A stretch of 64,000 bases of DNA from Podarcis erhardii (taxonomy: Eukaryota). The notes beneath the pieces were generated by a model. That model did not search any database and was not told the origin of the DNA. It saw nothing but the letters and a program-made list of their open reading frames with translations. Shown here piece after piece: positions 28,201 to 39,110 of the stretch; position 1 is the first letter of the stretch; each line of letters opens with the position of its first letter. The DNA lies in NCBI GenBank assembly GCA_964252035.1, contig OZ176200.1. One strand, 5' to 3'. The position numbers and the translations under genes were made by a program.

Positions 28201-31200
28201 GTTCCAGACTTGTGTAGATTGGGCTAGATAGAGTGGGCAGAAAGATAATCAAATCCATGCATATGACAGCCCTCTAATTGGTTATGGATTCATTAGCTAT
28301 TTTTAGATATGCCAAGTCTATCATGTCATTCTTGTCTGTATGATGTGTTGGACATTCTGAACTAACAACATTTCAATTCTTCCAAGGTACTCATGATGAA
28401 ATCAAGTGAAGATTAAATTACGTGAAAATGTGACAAGGCCAGTTTTCATTAATAAAGCAACTACAGATGTTATCAGCGAAACAAAGTAAAAATTAAGAAA
28501 AGGAAATCTTCCACCACTATCTACCATGATGTCTCTTTTGCCTTCTGTCCCAGCAGTGTTGTGCTGTTTGTTTGGCTTTGCAGAGGACAGATATACTTAC
28601 ATCGCTCTGTAGTTCGTAGGCCTTCCTTGCCTGGATCACATCATTCTGGTCGGGCAGACATGACCACTGGTGCAGATGTTGCCGATAGTCCACCTCACTT
28701 ACTAAAGACTGGCATAGCTTGGCTGCTTGGACAGACAGCATGTCCACCGGTATAGTAATATTGGCTTTGGATTTGTTGTAAGCTTGCTTATACAACCGGT
28801 CATTCTGCATCTTCAATACTTTGGCAGCAAATGAAAGTTTAGGGTCCTCCTTCACTGAAGGGCATCCAATGTAGTGGCCTTTCTGTTTCTCATGAGCTTC
28901 TTTGTACTTGTACTGAGCAAGAAAGAGAATTGGAAGCTTAAGTAATCTGACCAATTCCAAGGAGAAATGTTAGTAGAAGTTCTTGGTATTTCAATTTTCA
29001 AGGGATTCGACTATGGAATATTCAGGGGGTAGATAAAGCATAGTACGGCTCCCTAATTCTGTCTTTATATTATAAAATATTTACCTGGACTTGCTATTAG
29101 GGATGAGAAGGAAATGCAGTCCAGTTTGCAGTTAAAGTCACACTTCCATAGTTCACACTTTTTGAAATGAGAACCAAAAGAAGCACAACTATGCTTTGAA
29201 ATTCACATTCTGCAAATTTTGTAATGCACATCTGTGGCCAAGTAGTGCATGCAGAAATGGATACTCTTGTGTAAAGTATGAATATGAAAACATGCATTAG
29301 TGAAAATCATACAAAATTTCATTAGGGAAAATGGTTTCGCAAAAATTAAGCAAAATTGCACACAAAAATTATATTAGGAGAATTTCTCGCTAAGATGATG
29401 AATTTTCATGAAAGCCTTTTTTAAAAAATACAAGCCAATGTGGAAATGTAATAATTTACTATAAATGGCTGTAAAATCAGATTTAATATGTCTGCTTGAA
29501 AATATGCCTGCCATTTTGGGACCAGTTAAACTAAGATTGTGAAAAATAGCTCATCTTGGCTTAACTGGCAATAGCCAATGCTGGAAGAAAAGATCTCTAC
29601 AGCTTGAGAACCAATGTAAGCAAATTTCAGGGTGTATCTGTGCCAACAGGCTAAAAACTGAAAATGCTAATCTAAAATCAGTTTCCTAATATTTACCAAA
29701 ATATTAGCCACCTGTTTAGCCTTGTAGGAAATAACATTACAGAAATAATATACAACAGTTGACAGTACCTCACTGGCAATGTTTCTCGAAGCCTTGGCAT
29801 GCTGAATTGCAATGGCATCCACTCTTAAGTCATAACCTTTTTTCTTGGCTTCTTCCCACCCTGCTTCATAATGTTTCTGTGAAGGAAATGAATAATGCAG
29901 CATTCATGTCAGTGTATTTCAATTTTTTTAGTAAGGGTCCTGAATATTAACTCATGTGTTTAAGATCTTCAGGTTGCAATTCTAAGTGCAAGTAATGGTA
30001 CATTTGATCAATCAATATGGAAAAAAAACAAAAAAAAATGTATTGACTTAATAATTTATGAAAACATTAATTGGCCTCATTATAAAATAGTAAGTCAGTG
30101 TGCCGAATAAAATCATCGCAGTAAAGCAATAACATGTTCCAAGTACAAATGCCACAACAGAGCCAGCACTAAAACATCATTGATTAGGAAGGCCTTTGTG
30201 AGTATGTGTGTTTAAACCAACCAGAGGAACATCATCACTGTAGATGCCCATTGTATCTCTAGGGGAAGGTCATTCCATGGCACGGGACGCATTAAATATT
30301 ACCATGTTGCCTTTTCTTCCATGTCAAGCTCCCACAATAGAATTTTATTGCTATGGTGTATACCGGTACATGTATTCAAACTTATAATGTAGTAAAGGTA
30401 AAGGGACCCCTGACCATTAGGTCCAGTCATGGCCGACTCTGGGATTGCGGCGCTCATCTCGCTCTATTGGCTGAGGGAGCCGGCGTACAGCTTCCGGGTC
30501 ATGTGACCAGCATGACTAAGCCGCTTCTGGCAAACCAGAGCAGCGAACGGAAACGCCGTTTACCTTCCCACCAGAGCGGTACCTATTTATCTACTTGCAC
30601 TTTGACGTGCTTTCAAACTGCTAGGTTGCCAGGAGCAGGGACCAAGCAACGGGAGCTCACCCTGTCACGGGGATTTGAACCACAAACCTTCTGATCGGCA
30701 AGTCCTAGGCTCTGTGGTTTAGACCACAGCGCCACCTGTGTCCCTAACATATAATGTATCTTACTCAAATAAATGCTGAAAAATGTATGTTTTTATACTG
30801 AGCCTAAAAGTAAATGAGTTAAAACTGAGGAACGAAGGGATGAAATAAAATATAAAATTAAACCCTCTTAGTTACTGCTATCTAACTTCACACTAAGAAA
30901 CACTGCAATGTTTTTTCTAATATTCAGTATTATGGGAAAGATCAAACATCATTCCAGTAGATGTGACAAAACTTCCTCTACTTTGCCCCACCCAATCTGC
31001 TCCAGAAAACCCCCTAGCTTGATATAAGCTATCAACAATATCATATTTTTCACATTAAAGACGTTCCTGCTTCCCACCTTCCATTTGTTTGCTCAAGTCT
31101 AGGGAATCATGAATTCAGTGAAAGGGCATTACTCATAGCTAATCAGAATTGGTTACTACATAGAGAACTGAATGGGCATTTCATCCTTTAGTATTCTCAA

Positions 31201-34200
31201 TTCCAATCATAAAACAATTTTAATTGATAGGCAATTGTCACCCAAACCCCTTATTTAAAGGTCAGAATTGCTTTACAGATGTATTCACATTTAATTCTTA
31301 CTTTGCTGACGTTCAGAGCATTCATTTTGGACAGAACCATCTCAGGAGTATCAGCTGGAAGAGTAAACTGTGTCTTTTCTTTATCCCAGAGTTCACGATA
31401 TAATGCCTAATGAGGGAAAAAATACAGTACTTCTTTCTGTTATAATATACAAAGTACATATTGAGATTATACATACAAAACCCTCCATACAAGCTACTTG
31501 TGTAAGCGGCCTAATCGTGTGTGCAGCATCACATAAGGCTTTTTAATTGGGGATTTATTAAAGAACAGCGGCTACTCCACTGTTAGAAAAATTGCAATGT
31601 TTGGCATTTCTAATCACAGAAGCAATCTTTTGCGAGACCTGCCTCTGCATCTATGTTCCTCAACAATCAGAGAAAGATACAGAAATATGTTCCAAATGCA
31701 GGGTTGCATCCAATAGTATCTTTGCAGTTGTAAGGAGGTACTTTAGTTTGATAAAGATGGGGCACACAATTTTCATATATGCCCACCTACCCACTGCTCC
31801 TAAGGCTTGGGGGGACCTTCTGGCATGGAAGGATTCGATAGGTAAGGGAGTATGGCAAAATGAGGTGGTATCACCTTATACGAATGGTATTACCTTTCAC
31901 TACTGGAAAGCTGCTACTGGATACAACCTATACCTTTGCATTGCATTTATTTGAATAAATAAAGGTGTTTACTATGATAGCAGGCAGAATGGGATGGTTT
32001 TCAAGCAGTAACTCAGTTTATAGGCTATCTAGCAAAGTGTACAGATCATGAAACAAACTGAAATCTCTGCACCCCAATTGCCCCAATGGAAAGTCTTCTT
32101 TGACTTCAGAGGGGTCTAAATGTGCTCTTAAATGAGAGCATAGGCAGCCTCAAGTGACTGTTGAAAATCAAAGCTGCATGGGTTTTGTGCTTATTATTTT
32201 CATATATCTCACTTGATTCCAGCATGCTGGAGTAAGCATCTAGAAGTACATTCTCCTCACATCCAAACAGCAGATACCCGAGGACCAAAAGGCAAATGCA
32301 AAGTTTCTTACATTGCTCTGAAGCAGAGCATTGGCCTTTGCCAAGACAATTTCTGGAGAATCAACAATAGCGGTGAATTTCACAGAGTCTGGTCGTTGAC
32401 GGTACAGTCTGTCATTCAGGATCTCCTGGGCCTTCTTCACTTTTAAGACTTCCAAAGAACCTTCTGGAATCCAACCAATACCACGTAGCCATTCTAGGTC
32501 TTGCTTGTAGACATTCTGCAAAGGAAACAATTGGGCTATTAACAATATGGTTGAAAATGTTTCCTCCAATTTAAGGTCTGCCAATTCGTACTATCATATG
32601 TTTGATCCATCCCATGCTAAATCTTGAAGACTAGGGGTGAAATTAATGGACTTAACCATGGTTATTAATTTCAGTGGGTCTACTTTGAGTAAAACTAAGG
32701 TGAATACTACACTTGCTCTAAACACAACCCTGGTACCAGGCCCAATAAGTCTTACACTGCAGTCCTTAGCATGGTTACATAAAAGTCCCTACTGAGCAAA
32801 GTGTGGCTTGTTCCCTAATTATTGTATTTAGGACTGCTAATCCAAATTATTTGTAGCAGCACCAGCACAAATAAGTTTAGGCACTTTTACTTACCATATA
32901 TTAGTTTACATTAGTTTTAGTTGTGTTGGGTTTTTTAAAAGTGTTTTAAATGCATTATAACATCGTGACTCCAGATGGCGCTGTAGAGTTTGGCCTTTCT
33001 GCAACGTGATTTCTCATTATGAGGTTTACAACGTGTTTTCCTGAAATGCTTTTATGATGTGTCTCAATCCAGCCCAGGGACATTGGAATTTTATCTTTAT
33101 TGATGCTCACTTTTTACAGCCTGCTTAACCAAGTAGAGTGTTTCTTTGCAGCCCTGCACAGTTTTGCATAAGAGAGCTCAGCTGGAGCTTCTGGACTGAA
33201 ACGCATCAGACTTTTATTTCTTTATGAATAGTCTAAACATATTTAATCCCATTCAGAAATTTATGGAAACAAAGGAAGCTGTCTTTATATCAGCTCAGAC
33301 TATTGGTCCATTTGGCCTAGACCTGCCTACTCTGATCAGAAGCTAGGGTCTCAGGCAACGAGAGAGATACCTGACCTTTTAAACTTGCTACTGATGTTCT
33401 AACTCTTTTCAACTCAATATGCCATAGACTGAAACTGAGAGACCTTCTGCTTGCAAAGTAGGTGTTTTGCCACTGAGCTGTGATCCCACCTCCATGTACC
33501 CAGGTGCTTTATGTTTGCTTTTACGTACATCACTCTGTATGTCATACACTTTCTTAGCCTGAATGACGTCATTCTGGTCAGGCAGGCAGGTCCATTCATG
33601 CAGGTAGTGGCGGTAATCAATGTCACTAACAAGCTTCTGACAATTCTTAGCCAACAGGACTGATAGCATGTCAACTGGACTATGGATCTTCGTCTTCAGT
33701 TGATTAAATACTTTCTTGTACTCCCGATCGCTCTGCATTTTAGCTACATGCATAGCCAACACCATCTTGGGATCATCTTGAAGGTTTCGGAACCCGATAT
33801 AGTGCCCTCTCTGCTTCTCATATGCTTCTTTGTATTTAAACTGCAAAAGAGAAAAGAAACACTTTTTAGAGCTATTATTACTATTATTATTTATTAATTA
33901 AAAGCATTGGGCATGCATGCTGAGACTAAGAAGAGTGGCAATCCAAAACGTTTGTAGGGCATCAAGCTGGGGAATATTACAAATGTTGAAGATATCAATA
34001 TAGGGTCAGTCGAAAGGACCTGCATCGCCACCCTAGAAGACCAAACACCTTTTCTTTGAATTAATTATTTCTATAATAGTCATTTTGAAAACCACAGGGT
34101 TGTTACTTGCATTTCTCTGCAGAAGTGTGTAATCAACACATCCACTTACATCACTAGCTATGTCCCTTGATGCCTTTGCAGATCTGATTGGAATTGCATC

Positions 34201-37200
34201 AGCTCTCAAGTCATATCCTTTCTGCTTCGCCTCTTCCCATCCCTCGATATAAAGTCTCTACAGAAGGAGTCATAAAAACAACAACCATGAATGAAAACTC
34301 ACTCACATAGAATTTGTGCATATACGGTGTACAGAATGCCCAATTATTTAAGAAAACAGATGCATTTTTAAAACCCATCTTTAAAAAAATGCTCTTACAT
34401 GGCTAATGTTGGCTGAGTTTGCCTTTGCCAGCATAATCTCTGGGGTATCTGGCATGACATGAATGTTTGTTTTATCAACATTCCAGGCTTCAGTGTATAA
34501 TCTCTGTGGGAGAGCAGAAGAAATAGTTAGCATTTTGTATTTTGAAAAGCATCAAATAACATGCACCCTTAGGAACTGATGCTATTGCTACTATATCCAT
34601 AAACAAAAAATGTATTGTAGCATGCCCAACAATATAAATTTACCAAATAATACCAGGATTTTCTAACTAAAATAATTTTGTTAAATCATATTTCATTATA
34701 TTAAATATTTTGTTGCCACACTTACTCCTATCTGAACTGAAATCGGGCTCCAGTGGTGCGGCGGCAGCAGGAGGCCCCATTAGCTAAAGTGGTGCTTCAG
34801 GTTAAGAACAGTTTCAGGTTTAGAACAGACCTCCGGAACGAATTAAGTACTTAACCCGAGGTACCACTGTATTGGCATTAGAGAACACACACAGAGAAGT
34901 GCTAGAAATGCCTAATCACAAGACTCACCTTGTTCATCGTCTCGGCGTTATGTTTTGCCAACTCCATCTCCAAAGAATCTGTGACGCTGGTAAACTTGAA
35001 CTTATCAGGTGGCTGTCGGTACTTCCTGTCACTTAGGATTTCTCCAGCTCTCTTTACTTTCTCAACTTCCAAAGAGCCAGAAGGAATCCAACCAACACCT
35101 TTCAGCCATTCCATATCTGATTTGTAAAGCACCTGGAATATGAACACAGATTATCCTTGCATTCAGAGAAACTATCAACTTCACACATAACAACTACTAT
35201 TGAGGGGAACATTTCTGGGTTTAGTGGCGGAGCTTCATGCTCCAGCAGCGGGGGGCAGAGAGCAGGAGGGGGCAGGGCTGACACACGTCCCGGGGACGTG
35301 GTGTGCCACCTGTAGGGGCATGGTGTGTGTCCTGGGGGCGGGGCGTGCATCCTGGGGGCGTGGCATGCCACCTGTAGGGGCGTGGCACCCAGCACAGGCA
35401 GGGGGTAGCCACAATGGCACCCCGCTGGGATCGCACTGCCAGGGGTGGTGTGCCCCCCCCGCACCTCTTTCTCCGCCAGTGTCTGGGTTATAAACATAGA
35501 AATGAAACATTAAATATGTGTATACTGAAGGACCAATACGTCACAGTTACAACCACTATAACTCCTGCTTTTGCAGCTATATATTCATTTAGTCCAAACT
35601 TGATGATCCTATGAAGTCTGATTCACACTCCCTTGTTCATTGCTTGGCCTTGGAATCTGGCTATACTGAATTTCCTAATGGAATATGCCTATACTGAATT
35701 TCAGCTTGGATTTTGGTGTTTCACGTTATCGTAACTCAACTAAAGGTATCTGGTGATATATTTCCAAAATGTTTGCAAGGTATCTTAAAAAGAATTATCT
35801 TGAAATTGTTCATTAAAAAAACTAGCTTATTTTTTCAGAATTACACAATTTTGCTACTGCATTTTTAAAAAAATGATATAAATATTGTATATGTTTCTAA
35901 AAACTGGAAGTGTTGTTTTAACTTAAAAAAATAATATCCCCAATTAAAAACATACCTTTTGTTTTATGTGTCATTGGGGTGGTTTGCTGGTTTTTGTTTT
36001 AGGTTTACTTTTAAAATTATGAACAAAAGCCTTTCCTGACAATACAAAACCCGGCATTCGTTCCAGGGTTCAAACAGAAGGCAACCCAAGGAATAGTGAA
36101 CAATAACAGAGAGGAATGGATGGAATCCATTCATCTCCACTTATAACACATTGATTTCCAGATATATTTGAACTGTCTACATAAAAAAGCATATATTTGG
36201 GGAAAGACACAAATTCACTGGCTGTGTTTATTCTGCATAGCTTACTCACATCACTCTGGAGATCATAGGCTTTTCTAGCTTGGATGACGTCATTCTGATC
36301 TGGAAGGCAGGTCCACTGGTGCAGATAATGACGGTAATCAATATCACTGACCAACTTCTGGCAATTCTTGGCGTGCAACACTTCCAACATGTCCACAGGG
36401 CTAATATATTTAGTCTTCCATTTCTCAAAGTCCTTCTTATACTCCCTCTCACTCTGCATTTTGGCTACATTCATAGAATGCACAAGTTTCGGGTCATCTT
36501 GCACACTGCGTGCTCCAATATGGTGGCCAAGCTGCTTGCGATAGCCTTCTTTGTATTTGTACTGAAATAGATATACATGTGTAAGCCGTCTACCCATAAG
36601 AATATTCATCAGATAGCTGCATTGGAAAATCCCACATTCTGAGAGGATTGTGACAATATTTTTCTCATCTAGATAGCATCTTTTGTTCCTATGCTTGTCC
36701 CTTCATCTTCCTATTTCATCATACATATTTTCTAATAATCTTTAAAGATTTTGTTCCTTTGGCAAGGTAAACTTTTCTTCTTCTTCAATCCTTTATTATT
36801 CATGGATAGGAATGAAGAAGAAGAGTTTGGATTTGATATCCCGCCTTTCACTCCCTTTAAGGAGTCTCAAAGCGGCTAACATTCTCCTTTCCCTTCCTCC
36901 CCCACAACAGACACTCTGTGAGGTGAGTGGGGCTGAGAGACTTCAAAGACATGTGACTGGCCCAAGGTCACCCAGCAGCTGCATGTGGAGGAGCGGAGAC
37001 GCGAACCTGGTTCCCCAGATTACAAGACTACCGCTCTTAACCACTACGCCACACTGAAAAAGCTCTTAAGGTAGTTCCAATGTCTTGGGTAATGCTTAAG
37101 CACCTCCGGCCATCTTTCTAGTTTCAAAAGTACTTTGCTATGTGCAGAGCTTGTTCACAGTTCTTTGAATCTCAGCTCTAAATTAATCCCAATATATTTT

Positions 37201-39077
37201 TTCCCTGGATTTCATCTCTCTTTTTTTCTTTTTTTTCAAATCTATTTTGCAGCTGCCTTCAAATATTTTTCCTTTCTTTTCCAGTAAGTTTTAAAGAAAC
37301 ATAGTAAACAAAGCAAACAAACAAGGAAATCCATCTGGCTAAGTCCATTTCACCACACTGTGGTGAACCCTGTTCTTTTATCCCCATAATTCACAGAATA
37401 AATTAGTCCCTTAACAAATGAAACCAAAATCATGGAAGGAAATGTAGCTTCTCTCTAATACTGCCTAAAACATCCACCACAGTCACACATACTGTAGAAA
37501 TGCTTTCCACTTTTTTTAAAAAAAAAAAAGCTATACATAGAACATATTGGGTACACACATCACTGGCAATATTTCTGGAAGCCTTGGCAGCTTGAATTGG
37601 GATAGCATCCAAACGTAAGTCATAGCCATCCTTCTTTGCCTCCTCCATAGCAAGTCTGTATAATTTCTGTAAGGAAGAAGAACATGTTTACTTCATTGTT
37701 ATCCATGCCTGCGTCCTTCATGTCCACACACATAATTTTACATAACTGACAGAGGTGGAACAACTTGACTGTGCTGCACTTAAACAAAAAACTCCAGGGC
37801 AACTCTAGCCTACTGAGCCTCAACAAATCCAAGCCATCTGGTGACTATGGGGCTCACATCCCTTGCAAGAACCACGGACGATGGCTGAAATATTTGCAGT
37901 CTCCCTTGGTATGGAGGAACTCCTTTGTTTACCCAAGTGGCACTCACCTGACTATAGTTTAGCTTGTTGAATTTTGATAGCATGATTTCAGGTGTATCAG
38001 GCATCACGTGGATCGTAACCTTGTCTTTATCCCAAGCTTCCGTATACAAACGCTGTGGAAGATCATAAGCACAAGAGACAGTGGTTATAAGGACAATGGT
38101 TCAGTAATCTTAGGGCTTTTTTTTTTTTAAGTGAGGGCCTCCTATGAAAATTGCATTAAAATAGCCTGCAGAGGCAGAACTCCACTACCTCGAACTGTGG
38201 TGCTGTAGGTAGAGTATTGGACTAAGACTGGGTAGAGTTCAAATCTTCAGTCAGCCATGCAGCTGACAAGGTGATCTTGGACCACTAATGCTCTCTCAGT
38301 TTAAATCTACCTCACCGGTTCCATATGAGAATAAATGTATTATTTGTTCATATTTAAGTCTACCTGATGCAAAAGGCGCAAGGTTCTTCCAGTTCATGAA
38401 CTTTGCAATAAAATAGCTGACGAAAATGTCTAAGATACATGAAGTGAAATGTTTCGCTTTCAGAGAAATGTACAGGGGTCACAACCATGTTACTTGTTGA
38501 CTACCTACCTATATGACAATACAGCTTTAAAAGAAATGTTAACTGTATGTCATATTGCAAATATGTAATGTAAACTCTAACCAAAGCTAGGTACTTTTAA
38601 ATCCCCTTAAGTTAAATAGCAAAAGTTAAACAATATACAAAAAGCTCCCCAACGGAAATAAGTGAAAATGGAAAAATGTTGGATCATTAGTGCCCTCTAA
38701 TAAGACGCTACAACATTTGTACCACAATACTAGTTTCTCAACTGCCCGGCTCAGATTCACCTTGTTCATTGTTTCTGCATTATGCTTGGCCAACTCCATT
38801 TCAAGAGAATCTGTCACACTGGTGAATTTGAATTTGTCTGGTGGCTGACGATACTGCTTTTCACTTAGGATCTCTCCAGCCTTCTTGGCTTTTTCCACAT
38901 CCAGTGAACCAATAGGGACCCAGCCAATGCCTTTCATCCACTCAAGGTCTGCTTTGTAGGCATTCTGTGAATAAGAAATTCAAAGAATCATTAATAAAAC
39001 CAAAAGCTATAGCGGACTCTTGCTTGGGGGAGGGGGTGCCGTCTGATTAGGATGCCAGAAAGAGAGAGAAAAAATGT

Positions 39078-39110
<33 letters not shown>

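Larger units (their letters stand above)
25610..29162. repeat. Intragenic segmental duplicate, proximal copy; paralog at about 19325-23065
   Basis: As above; for example 28601-28912 vs 22511-22822 match at 309/312. Confidence 0.9.

Noticed and set aside
19325-29162. Duplicated block as a haplotype or assembly artefact
   Set aside because: The copies are separated by three clearly diverged, in-register exons, and the spliced product keeps perfect 7-module periodicity. Long reads are still needed for full exclusion.
35102-35614. Overlapping GC-rich ORFs
   Set aside because: They fall in a TIR/TSD-bounded MITE with internal repeats, next to an exon; no coding signature.
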